NCBI GenBank assembly: GCA_964016885.1
Contig: OZ024740.1
Coordinates: 343,294,001 to 343,358,000 of the forward strand
Length of the DNA: 64,000 bases
From: Eledone cirrhosa
Taxonomy: Eukaryota
Reading direction: 5' to 3'
The notes under the pieces were generated by a model that was not told the origin of the DNA, searched no databases, and worked only from the letters and a program-made list of their open reading frames with translations. This document shows, one piece after another, positions 12,001 through 22,179 of this stretch. A program made the position numbers and the translations under genes. The stretch's first letter is position 1. Each line of letters opens with the position of its first letter.

Positions 12001-12503
12001 CCTGGCAGTGTTACCGGGGGGCTCTGCCCGTTCGAGAAAAGCTCTACAGACACGGGCGCCCGGGCAGGGATCCCGCGAAAAAGATCTGTCCCAGATGCGT
12101 GCGCGACGAGGAAACCGTTGCGCATGCACTGGTACACTGCCCGGGCGTTGCCGATCTGTGGGGCTACGTCGAACGACTGCTGTCGCGTGTGGCGCCGATT
12201 CGATTAACCGCCGAGTCTGTGGTGAACATCAAGCCGCCTCCTCCCTTCAGAAATGAAGCAGAGGCGGTCTTTCTGTGCGTAATAGCCATGATGAAAGAGG
12301 TTGTGTGGTGGACGCGCCTGAAAGGTCTGAGGTCGGGTGACTTTCTCTCCGGCCATCACCTGGTTTACTTCTTCCGATACCACTTCGGAAGAAGAATCAG
12401 GATGGAGAGAGAAGTGCTTGGTCCCAGACAGTTTTATGAAAGGTGGGTGAAAGAAGCGAGAATGGCCCGTGTAAATGGGCCTTCTCTCTACATTGTTCTG
12501 TAG
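9066..12503 (+). CDS. LINE ORF2 protein: apurinic endonuclease, reverse transcriptase, C-terminal zinc finger
   Basis: NARG, GDWN, SYLDR and SDH (APE); KSPGLDGLP, FRPITLLN, LDQSKAFDRV, RQGCPLS and AYADD (RT); CPRC..ETVAHALVHC. Uninterrupted, but there is no ATG at the N-terminus. Confidence 0.95.
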   Translation: MDQLRVGCLNARGLSSAWKQAKLLSDLRSQSIDVMVVCESRISSVRQLAPAFDDFEMHASLCQPGGGGGVAVLLDKRLTLDVQIVHSDPGGRLLVLDVGGGEGGAFRLVGLYAPFGAERADFFQRLETFLGTSRSLLLVGDWNGILDARWDYAGACPDRGGCSSLKGLLDRFDLVDRFRLDCPTAPTWTWANRSGQSRSYLDRFLVRSKDRDVFSCPELIMVGYSDHKLVTCVVNLDRTHRQGPGYWKMNLSLPTKKDYRNRISSLVKMRLTGAIVNSRWWVSLKREIRVSSIGYSKELAANRNRRERELTDKLEEAIRSGDVARVLATRTALSQFFDAKHEGCVVRSKIRALGNEGTKAVSWARVTEAKSGIKSTIRSLRDQDGRVILEPERMCETFQRHFARLFGGGGGPDGDVDFGPYLDGLPRLSSGEAECCEGPITATEIGEALSQYSRRKSPGLDGLPYELYLAMPVLFSELLEAVYCNWQQNGRIPCSVTKGVVTLVRKDESKGDDLSNFRPITLLNAELQILAKVLTKRLALVVGGLVGDAQTCAIPSRSIHDNLHLMRYIIERVGYEPGFGGALINLDQSKAFDRVDHGYLDAVLAAAGFGPVFRGWISAMHSGNIYSRIKVNGYLSEPFQITRSIRQGCPLSSLLYVLTLEPLLRKLELLRGIPLEPGLHKAVSAYADDVTVMVADASEIGAIATLLEEYERLTGAKLNQDKSVGLQLGTWRGKPMPLDGVVGRWTEGPVKLLGVWFGPDLQVEKNWGEVTSRVFALTQKWAKCKLSLKGRAEVTNAYIASVIYYRLTVVPCPKEMLTIMERMLFQFLWKKRPPMVRRSICCQHPSKGGLGMPWLLMRRHALRLRHLQVFLNGQPVWAPFVRRAFPQLVSLTELQSWVKQRPRKLGNWHTECAQALTAIWQADPTVSGESTSTFYRGLVASRGDDTLGESLGMEEDELASLFGRTFGPGPMDNFQRSLAWQCYRGALPVREKLYRHGRPGRDPAKKICPRCVRDEETVAHALVHCPGVADLWGYVERLLSRVAPIRLTAESVVNIKPPPPFRNEAEAVFLCVIAMMKEVVWWTRLKGLRSGDFLSGHHLVYFFRYHFGRRIRMEREVLGPRQFYERWVKEARMARVNGPSLYIVL

Positions 12504-13134
12504 GTGAAGAAGTGAAGAGGAAAGGGGGAGCGCCTCCTCTCTGGGCTTCCCCCGCGAAAAGAGTTGCACACTTTTCGGGGGTATGTGCAATCCCCAACAC
12601 GCCCCCTCCCTTTTGAGGACTTTTTATTGTTATATTATTATTGTTATTCCTTTTTTCTTTACTCGATTTATGTAAACTCCCCCACTGTGTAAATGTCCCC
12701 TTCTTTTGTGCCCTCGTGGCAAATAAATAGAAATTTATCTATCTATCTATCTATCTATCTAACTATTACTCTCTCTCTCTCTGACACACACACACTCTCT
12801 CTCTCTCTGACGCCCCTCTCTCTCTCTGTCTCTAGCTGTCTTTATCTCTCTTTGTCTCGTTATAGTAAAAATCAATCTCAGAATTAAAAAAAAGAACAGA
12901 AAATACAAAAAAGCATCCAGAAATATAGCTGGATGTTATTATTGGAGTAAAATAATATGAGATGATTCTGGAAATATTTAAAATTCTCTGGAATCTATGA
13001 ATATCTAATACAACGAAATATTATGAGTATATACTTGTATTTGTATCTATTTCCTTTAAAAAAATATTCCTAGGTTAGTTTGTATCCATTATTTGTATAT
13101 TTGTAGATGTTACAGCCATGAATATTGCGTCATA

Positions 13135-13290
13135 TAGTTAGATTAGTTAGGTTCTACCGTTCCACGTGGAACATTTGGCAGCAACAAAAGATCTCCATAC
13201 TATGTGGTCTTCTGCAAGATATTTGGCATCCTTCCAGCTCAGCTCCTCTGTATTCAATCAAAATGTATACAACGTTTCCTTCCTTGTTCA
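13135..13290 (-). mobile_element. 3' end fragment of RTE-like LINE
   Basis: The minus frame reads ..LSWKDAKYLAEDHIVWRSFVAAKCSTWNGRT*, resembling an RTE ORF C-terminus, followed by a (CTAA)-like tail. Confidence 0.5.
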
Positions 13291-13396
13291 AGCGGTAGCG
13301 GTAGTGATGGTTAGATTCAAGTTAGCTTTTATCAAGCGGATCTATGATCACATCCATTCTCACTGCAACCATTCCATTATTTATTTAGATTTACGA

Positions 13397-13517
13397 TCTG
13401 AGTTCAAATCCCGCCGAGGTTGACTTTGCCTTTCATCCTTACGGGGTCGATAAAATAAAGTACCAGTAATGCACTGGGTAATTGCTGGCCTTGTGCCTAA
13501 AGTAGAAACAATTATTT
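13397..13517 (+). mobile_element. SINE copy (short tail type)
   Basis: gagttcaaatcccgccgaggttgactttgcctttcatccttacggggtcgataaaataaagtaccag...ggccttgtgcctaaagtagaaac, nearly identical to 27850-27960. Confidence 0.8.
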
Positions 13518-14142
13518 ATTTAGATTTTGTCTATAAAAAGTCGCGTGAGCCACCTTATATGAAAAAAAAACCCCGAAAGGGTGTGATTAAATGGAAGATT
13601 TGACTCTAATTTTTAGCAAATCGAGCGAATACACAGAACCGTCTTTATTTGCTGAGTCATATTGTCACGAAACAATCAGCTTGTTACATTGCCGGCCATT
13701 TGAATTTCAGGTGCTGTCAATTTGACGGGCTACCAAACTGAATCCGTCGACCCAATTTTTCTCATACGACTTGGATCGATCTGAGGCCTTGGTAAAAGAC
13801 ACCTGCTAACATTCTACACAATCGATTACTATAAATAATAGCTTAAAAAAATCAGAAAGAAAATAACCTTATGAAAGGAAAAAGCAGCGAGTGGTTGCTA
13901 CGAACTACGTATCTCTGAAATTCCGGCTGGGTGCTCAAACCATTGTGCTGAGGGATGTCTGACAACAATTTCCGTCTAACTTAGATAGTTAAATCGATAC
14001 GCTAGCCAATGTGTTTACAGTTATTTTCTGTGTTTGGGACTCCTGCATTTTCTATGTATTTCTGGTATAACTACCAAGCGCTTCGATAGTTCGATACTTT
14101 GCATACAGCTTAGGTACACACATGCACACTCACACAGACCCA

Positions 14143-14258
<116 letters not shown>

Positions 14259-14368
14259 TTTATATATACATATATACATTTATATATATACAAACATATA
14301 GATTTTAATTGTATATATATATATATGTGTATATATAGATGTATATATAGATAAATACGTATGTATAT

Positions 14369-14427
<59 letters not shown>

Positions 14428-14829
14428 ATATAAAAATGTATATACATACGTACATATATACATACATACATAAATATATACATACATTCATACGTATATA
14501 TATATACATATATATAAAGATATAATGAAAACAAATTAAATGTGGAGAAGAATGCAAAATAGAGAAGAAAGAACGTACATAAAAACAAATAAAGAGACAA
14601 AAAGAAAACAAGTAAGTGTGGATAATGAAAAATGAAAGAAAGTAAGGATGCATTAATGAATGAGGATTGCTTCAGGCGAGAGAAGGATGGCTGAAGAAAG
14701 AATTAGATAGATGGGTGAATGGTTAAATGGGTGGATGGATGGACAGATGGATAGATGGATAGATGGATAATTGGATGGATAGATGGATAAATGGATAGAT
14801 GGATAGATGGATAACTAGTTGGATAGATG

Positions 14830-15385
14830 CGTAGATAGATGGATAAATAGATGGATGGATTCGTAGATAGATGGATAAATAGATGGATGGATTCGTAGAG
14901 GGATGGATAAATAGATGGATGGATTCGTAGAGGGATGGATAAATAGATGGATGGATTCGTAGAGGGATGGATAAATAGATGGATGGATTCGTATATAGAT
15001 GGATAAATAGATGGATGGATTCGTAGAGGGATGGATAAATAGATGGATGGATTCGTAGAGGGATGGATAAATAGATGGATGGATTCGTATATAGATGGAT
15101 AAATAGATGGATGGATTCGTAGAGGGATGGATAAATAGATGGATGGATTCGTAGAGGGATGGATAAATAGATGGATGGATTCGTAGATAGATGGATAAAT
15201 AGATGGATGGATTCGTAGAGGGATGGATAAATAGATGGATGGATTCGTAGATAGATGGATAAATAGATGGATGGATTCGTAGAGGGATGGATAAATAGAT
15301 GGATGGATTCGTAGAGGGATGGATAAATAGATGGATGGATTCGTAGAGGGATGGATAAATAGATGGATGGATTCGTAGAGGGATG
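14830..15385. repeat. 32-bp minisatellite (agatggatggattcgtagagggatggataaat)n
   Basis: Period of 32 bp visible (e.g. 14881, 14913), within GGAT/GATA-rich DNA. Confidence 0.95.
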
Positions 15386-15517
15386 GATGGATGGATGCTT
15401 GGATGGATAGATGGATGGAAAGAAGGATGAATAGATGGATGGATGTTTGGATGGGTGTATAGAATGGTTGTATGGATAGACGTATAGATAGATGTAGAAT
15501 TGAATAGATAGATAGAT

Positions 15518-15923
15518 AAATTTTTTTATTAGCCACAAGGGCACAAAAGAAGGGGACAAATACAAATGGGGAAGTTTACATACAGGTATATGAAAAAAAT
15601 AAAACTATTAATAAAATAACAAATAACAATTGAAATCCCCGATAGGGGGGAGGCGTTACACAGGGGTTGTACACCCCCCCCCAAAAAAAAATGTACAACC
15701 CTCATCTCCAGGAGCACCAAGAGTGAGTACACCCCTCCTCTCTTTCTCTTTTTCCTCAACCTACAGGCTTATGTAGAGAGAAGGCCCAACCACTCGGGCC
15801 ATCTTTGCCACATTAACCCACCTTTTATAAAATTTACTGGGTAACAGCACCTCTCTCTCCATCCTGATTCTTCTTCCAAAATGGTATTTGAAATAAAGGA
15901 ATCACTTGTTGGCCGGAGAGAAA
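15518..15923 (-). mobile_element. 5'-truncated Tx1 LINE related to family A, in (ATCT)n
   Basis: The minus strand matches the family A ORF2 C-terminus (ttctctccggcca..., gggccttctctctacat..ctgtag) and 3'UTR (tgtccccttcttttgtgccct.gtggc). GATA repeats lie on both sides. Confidence 0.9.
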
Positions 15924-16355
15924 GATAGATAGATACACAGATAGATGTATAGTTAGATAGTTGAATGGCGAGGTGGAAGGATAGGTGGATGGTTGGATGG
16001 TTAGTCGAATGGTTGGATCGATTTATCTTTGGATAGATTGATACTTGGGTCGATGGTTGGATGGTTGGATGGTTGGATGGATGGATGTACGGATAAAGTG
16101 GCGGATGGACGGATTGATGAATAGGTGAATTATTGATAGATAGATGGTTGGATGGTTAGGTGGATGGATCGTTGATGGAAGAAGGTGGGATAGTTGGCTG
16201 GATGGCTAGATGGCTGGTTGGATGGCTGGTTGAGCGGGTGAATGGGCGGGTGGGAGGAAGAACAGCTGAATGAGAAGAAAAAAGTGGAATTTGACATGGA
16301 GAGAGAAAAGTGCGAGGGTAACATTCAAAGAAAAATGATATGAAGTGAAAGGAAA

Positions 16356-16820
16356 GAAATGTTGTGAGATAGATGTAGAAATGTTGTGAGATAGATGTAG
16401 AAATGTTGTGAGATAGATGTAGAAATGTTGTGAGATAGATGAAGAAATGTTGTGAGATAGATGAAGAAGTGTTGTGAGATAGATGAAGAAATGTTGTGAG
16501 ATAGATGTAGAAATGTTGTGAGATAGATGTAGAAATGTTGTGAGATAGATGAAGAAATCTTGCGAGATAGATGAGGAAATGTTGTGAGATAGATGTAGAA
16601 ATGTTGTGAGATAGATGTAGAAATGTTGCGAGATAGATGTAGAAATGTTGTGAGATAGATGTAGAAATGTTGTGAGATAGATGAAGAAATCTTGCGAGAT
16701 AGATGAGGAAATGTTGTGAGATAGATGTAGAAATGTTGTGAGATAGATGTAGAAATGTTGCGAGATAGATGAAGAAATGTTGTGAGATAGATGTAGAAAT
16801 GTTGCGAGATAGATGTAGAA
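16356..16820. repeat. 22-bp minisatellite (gaaatgttgtgagatagatgta)n with 132-bp higher-order unit
   Basis: The variant gaagaaatcttgcgagatagatgagg recurs at 16551 and 16683 (6 x 22 bp apart). Confidence 0.95.
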
Positions 16821-17071
16821 TTTTCGTAAGCCTGTCTATCCCTCGGTCTCACTATTTACGTATGTACAGACATGGACGAAAGGGTGTTGTGGTAGAACTG
16901 GAGGGAAAGAACGCGGAAAAGCTGTAATAAGACGGCAACTGAGGAAAGTAAAGATAATTGTGAGGAATTAAAGGGAAAATATGAAATATATGAAGTAGGA
17001 GGAGGAGGACGGGGGTAGTGGAGGGGGTGGGAAGAAGAAGAAGAAGAAGAAGAAGAAGAAGAAGAAGGTGA

Positions 17072-17590
17072 TGACTTGGTAGTCGTTAAAGGAAGCTGTA
17101 GTACAGTCTGATAGTGGGTAGATAGAGGTGGTGGTATAGTGATGGTAGCTGTGGTGGTGGTGACTTGGTGGTCGTTAAAGGAAGCTGTAGTACAGTCTGA
17201 TAGTGGGTAGATAGAGGTGGTGGTATAGTGATGGTAGCTGTGGTGGTGGTGACTTGGTAGTCGATAAAGGAAGCTGTAGTACAGTCTGATGGTGGGCAGA
17301 TAGAGGTGGTGGTATAGTGATGGTAGCTGTGGTGGTGGTGACTTGGTAGTCGTTAAAGGAAGCTGTAGTACAGTCTGATAGTGGGTAGATAGAGGTGGTG
17401 GTATAGTGATGGTAGCTGTGGTGGTGGTGACTTGGTAGTCGTTAAAGGAAGCTGTAGTACAGTCTGATGGTGGGCAGATAGAGGTGGTGGTATAGTGATG
17501 GTAGCTGTGTTGGTGGTGGTATAGTGATGGTAGCTGTGTTGGTGGTGGTATAGTGATGGTAGCTGTGTTGGTAGTCGTTAAAGGAAGCGG
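17072..17590. repeat. 89-bp tandem repeat, ~5 copies
   Basis: tgacttggt.gtcg.taaaggaagctgtagtacagtctg at 17072, 17161, 17250, 17339 and 17428. Confidence 0.95.
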
Positions 17591-17977
17591 TATGTTGATG
17601 GTGGGTGTGGTAGTAATAGTAGGTGTGATGATGATGTTGCTGTAGTGGTGATGGTCAGTGTGATAGTGATGGTAGGTATACTAGAGATGTTGGGTGGTAG
17701 CTGGTATGGTAACGATAGTGGTAGTCACAGTAACTTGTGCATAGAATTTATCGGGTTAGTGTAGTATTCGTAATTTAGTGGCTGGTAATGAAGAGATGAT
17801 GGTGGAGTTGTGACGTTGATTCATGGTCATCGTTGATATTAGATTGGAGTAATAGTGATTGAGAGGCAATGGTGGTGGCGGTGTTTAAGTGTTGATCACA
17901 GGAATAAGGGAAAACTGCTGCCGGTAATGGAATGTTTTAAATGTACTAAATTTTAAAAATGAGAAATATAGCATTGA

Positions 17978-18215
17978 CATAATAATTGTTTCTACTTTTG
18001 GCACAAGGCCAGTAATTACCCAGTACATTACTGGTACTTTATTTTATCGACCCCGTAAGGATGAAAGGCAAAGTTAACCTTGACAGGATTTGAACACAGA
18101 CCGTAAAGGGACGTAGTAGCATTGACATAATAATAATAATAATAATAATTATTATTATTATTTCTACTTTTGACACAAAGCCAGCAATTTTCCAGTGTAT
18201 TACTGGTACTTTATT
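17978..18215 (-). mobile_element. SINE copy plus duplicated tail fragment
   Basis: Reverse complement of the 13397 SINE; tagcattgacataataat is duplicated at ~17969 and ~18116. Confidence 0.75.
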
Positions 18216-18289
18216 TTAAATAATATTACGTTACAGATTTCTAGAAAAATATCACATGATCCACATGATAGGTGCAAAGTGTCCGAACA

Positions 18290-18460
18290 CGGAAGAGCCG
18301 AACTCCCACTGACATCGCCTCCATACCCATATCTCTCTCGCCCTCCCCATCTCTCTGTATTATGAGCAAATGGGATCCCACATGCTGGCCGCCCCACACC
18401 CCCGGCGGACAGAATGGAGAAGGCGTTTCCCTGGATGATGGTAAAGGTGATACGCTGGAA
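18290..18460. repeat. Unclassified interspersed repeat, copy 1
   Basis: Closely similar to 43312-43470 (agccgaa.tcccactg...gagcaaatggg.tcccac.tgctggcc.ccccaca.ccccggcggacagaatgga). Confidence 0.75.
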
Positions 18461-18824
18461 GAGCGAGTCTCGATTATAGAATAACAGCTCTGAATGAAAC
18501 ACCCTATAATCATGAGTATTTAGCTGTAACCATTTCGTTTTATTTCAGACAGTATATCTATATTACTGAATGTGCCACATCTTTTAAAGACAGTTGAATA
18601 TATTTTGAGGGGGATTTGGCTGCTATTTCTAGAAGGTTGAGTGACCAAGTACATCAGTGTTAGGGAATGATTCTAGCACCAGGTGCATATTGCAAGTACA
18701 TAAGAACCTGTTGGTGTTTCGGATGGCCTGACAAAAGCAAGGGCGCTGTTTCTTTTTCCTAACCTTACAAGTTAAAGAAGCAAAACACACACGCACGCAC
18801 GCGCGCCCACACACAGCCAACACA

Positions 18825-18943
<119 letters not shown>

Positions 18944-19180
18944 ACTGCGAAAATCAATGCGTTTTTAATTGTACAAATTGGTAGGTATATAAATCATAGT
19001 AAATTACTGTTTTGGTAATTACATCATGGAAGAATCATTTTAGACATCTAAAAACGAACAAAAAACTATTTATATTCACTTTTCATTTACTTCGTGATAT
19101 TTTTGTCGCACCTCTAAGACCTGAAACAATTCTTCTCTAGCTGCTTTGATCTTAAAACGTACACAGTTTGTTTACATATA

Positions 19181-19389
19181 CAGGGTGACCACAAAACACT
19201 CCTTCATTTCAAATACTTATAATATGACAACTTGTAGCAATATTCTTACAATATTGGTGGCTACAGTTGCATAAACTAACAAGTTTCATGTAGTATTGGT
19301 TGATATCATAGACTTTCGATACGTACCTCTTTTGTTGCTCGGCAAACATCAATGCGATAATCAATCTCGGTGTTTTTGTGGTCCCCCTG
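19181..19389. mobile_element. Tc1/mariner-type MITE
   Basis: TIRs cagggtgaccacaaaa / ttttgtggtccccctg with TA on both sides. Confidence 0.8.
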
Positions 19390-19779
19390 TATATAAAGTT
19401 CGTCATAGGGCGGTTTCAAATTTGAATTTGGACAATTTCACACGCATTGAGGAACTACCCACCCTTGGTGATGAGACTCATTGATTGACTCAATTTAGTT
19501 ACTCCCAGTGATGATGAGACTTCTTGTTTGGTTGGATATAGTGGTAAACTTCACCCACCACGAGTTTCTTTTATTGGTTCGGTTTAGTGACTGTTTTGGT
19601 TGTAGGTTAACTATAATTTAATGTTAATTGTAATTCGGTGTTGATTTGTTGGTGGCATTGCTGGTGGCAGTGTTGCTTGAAAGGTAATGGTGGTGGTAGC
19701 ATTGGCGGTAACTTGGACGTGATTTGATGGTAGTGATGGAGTAGTGCTGGTGTTGGCAATGTTACTTGTAGGCTATAGG

Positions 19780-20250
19780 TGTTAGTATTGCCAGTGGTAG
19801 TAACTTGGTGGTTATTCGATACTAGTGACGGGATGGTGCTGCTGTTGGTGGTGATGATATTGCTTATAGTGTAAGGGTGCTAGTGTTGCCAGTGGTGGTA
19901 ACTTGGGCGTGGTTTGATGGTAGTGACGGGATGGTGCTGCTGTTGGTGGTGATGATATTGTTTATAGTGTAAGGGTGCTAGTGTTGCCAGTGGTGGTAAC
20001 TTGGGCGTGGTTTGATGGTAGTGACGGGATGGTGCTGCTGTTGGTGGTGATGATATTGTTTATAGTGTAAGGGTGCTAGTGTTGCCAGTGGTGGTAACTT
20101 GGGCGTGGTTTGATGGTAGTGACGGGATGGTGCTGCTGTTGGTGGTGATGATATTGTTTATAGTGTAAGGGTGCTAGTGTTGCCAGTGGTGGTAACTTGG
20201 GCGTGGTTTGATGGTAGTGACGGGCTGGTGCTGCTGTTGGTGGTGGTAAT
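19780..20250. repeat. 98-bp tandem repeat, ~4.5 copies
   Basis: gtgttgccagtggtggtaacttgggcgtgg at 19883, 19981, 20079 and 20177. Confidence 0.95.
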
Positions 20251-20677
20251 GTTGCTTGTAGGGTAATAATGGTGGTGGTCGCAGTGGTGATTACTTGGTC
20301 ATGACTTAGCGGTAATGACGGAGTAGCACTGGTGTTGACGTTAGGAGGGCTTTGGTGATAGTGACATAGTGGTCTTGGTGGTGGTGGTGGTGGTAATAAG
20401 GTAATTGAGGGCGATGGATAGTTTTAGAAGTGGTTACAGAGAGGTTGCAGCAGGATGTTTTTATTGATGTCATCGCCATCTTCATCGTTGTGGTTGTTCT
20501 ATTGTTGTTTAGCTCCAGGCTAGTTCTGATTGGGTAGACACATAATGCAAGGCATTCCAACCATGACAATCTAGTATTTTTCATTTTCAATTATACGGGG
20601 TACATCACCCTATATGTAGTGACTTTTCTGTGAGATATTTCGCTGTTTTCTCCAGCAGGTCGAATAACAATCTAGTG

Positions 20678-20842
20678 CAGTCATTGGCAAACTGCGCCCG
20701 TGGGCCGCAATTCGGCCCGTTTGGCTCTCTGAATAGCACACCTAATTTAAAAATTGCCATGTTTTTTTTTAATAGTGCGGCCCGCTTTATGATGAGCCAC
20801 ACCCTATGCGACCCACTGCTCGAAAAATGTTGCCCATGCCTG
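20678..20842. mobile_element. hAT (Charlie-like) MITE with 8-bp TSD
   Basis: TIRs cagtcattggcaa / ttgcccatgcctg; perfect TSD atctagtg at 20670-20677 and 20843-20850. Confidence 0.9.
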
Positions 20843-21509
20843 ATCTAGTGTCTTGTTTATTGGCTTCTATTTGTTATAGGTAGGTGACGTTGGTTGCAAT
20901 AGGGCCGTAATGGTGGTGGTGGTGGTGACGGTAGTGGTGTTGGTGGTGGGATAATTGATGGTATTTGTAACAGCAAGATAATAATGACAGTGGTGGGTAT
21001 TGGTGAGTGATAAGTTGATGGTGGTAGTAAGAAATGGGGCTGTTCAGGTGGTAGTAGTTATAATAAATTAGTATTTTTGGTGGTAGTATTGACAGTGATA
21101 TGGGAGTATAGTAAATATTTATAATAGGGTGATGGTGAGATATGATAGTTGTGATAATGGAATAGAATTGTTGGTGGTAGTATTGATGGTGGTATGGAAG
21201 TATCGTAGGTATATATATAGGTTGATGGCGAGATATGGTAAAGTGTTGCAATTGATTAATTAATTGTTGTTGTCGTTGTTGTTGTAGTTGTTGTTTTGTA
21301 GTCCCCTTTTATCATTTAGTTCTATTGGGACATCGACCAGCTGGTGGAGAAGTCACAGCAGGGATATAAAGTGTGAGGAGATCTTGACGGGGTTATGTAG
21401 GGTCGAGTGATCTGGAGTAGGGGTTGTGAGCTGTTTCAACTGGGGGGTCACCGGATGATTATGATCACGATGATGGCGGGGGTGGTGGTGGTGGTGGCGG
21501 TGGTGGGAG

Positions 21510-21885
21510 CGATGACGGCGGCGACGACGACGATGATGAAGATGTGGATGATGATCATGATGACGGTAGGGTTGATGATGACGATGGCGATGACGATGAG
21601 GGTGATGATGATAATGATGATAGTGGTAATGATGAAGAGGGTGATGACGGCGATAACGACGACGAATATGGTGATGATAACGATGGTGATGATAACGATG
21701 ATGATGATGATGATGATAACGATGATGATGATGGTAATGATGATGATAACGATGATGATGATAATGATGATGATGATAACGATGATGATGATAACGATGA
21801 TGATGATGATAATGATGATGATAACGATGATGATGATAACGATGATGATGATAATGATGATGATGATGACGATGATGATGATAAC

Positions 21886-21918
<33 letters not shown>
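21510..21918. repeat. Degenerate (GAT)n trinucleotide tract
   Basis: Directly visible; it produces the poly-D/M/H/S ORF artefacts. Confidence 0.9.
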
Positions 21919-21920
<2 letters not shown>

Positions 21921-22179
21921 AATCCCAGCTCCCACAGTACGTGTTTCACAGGTAGTCGGCCGAACGACACAAGCCACAGATCTGTGCTGGCAGTTATACT
22001 ATGTCTTCTCGGCCAAACTGAGAAGCACAGTGCACAGTCCGACATGCTGTGATGAATGGCATGAGATGCAATGTGACAGTCAGTTGTTGGCAAAATGGTC
22101 GCCGTATAGGTCGTGGAGTGGGTTGTGGCAGTTGTGGTGCAGCTAATAAAGTGGAGGTAGTAATAAATCAAATGTGGTG

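Larger units (their letters stand above)
7032..12736 (+). mobile_element. Full-length Tx1/L1-clade non-LTR retrotransposon (family A) inserted in (ATCT)n
   Basis: 5'UTR, ORF1 with zinc knuckle, ORF2 APE-RT-CCHC, and a 3'UTR with AATAAA (12722). (ATCT)n lies on both sides (7018-7031, 12737-12760). Confidence 0.95.

Noticed and set aside
9518-12600. Short antisense and alternative-frame ORFs within the LINEs (also 57000-63600)
   Set aside because: They are shadow ORFs of GC-rich ORF2 sequence with no independent motifs.
14703-16852. 175-280 aa repeat ORFs and a CRISPR-like periodic appearance
   Set aside because: These are pure 32-bp and 22-bp tandem repeats with no unique spacers, no cas genes, and a eukaryotic context.
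18690-18775. Minus-strand LGKR neuropeptide-like mini-exon
   Set aside because: Weak AAG acceptor and gttctt donor, a single motif, and no repeated peptide units.
21544-22146. Poly-Asp ORF resembling acidic biomineralisation proteins
   Set aside because: It is a (GAT)n tract with no signal peptide or supporting exon structure.
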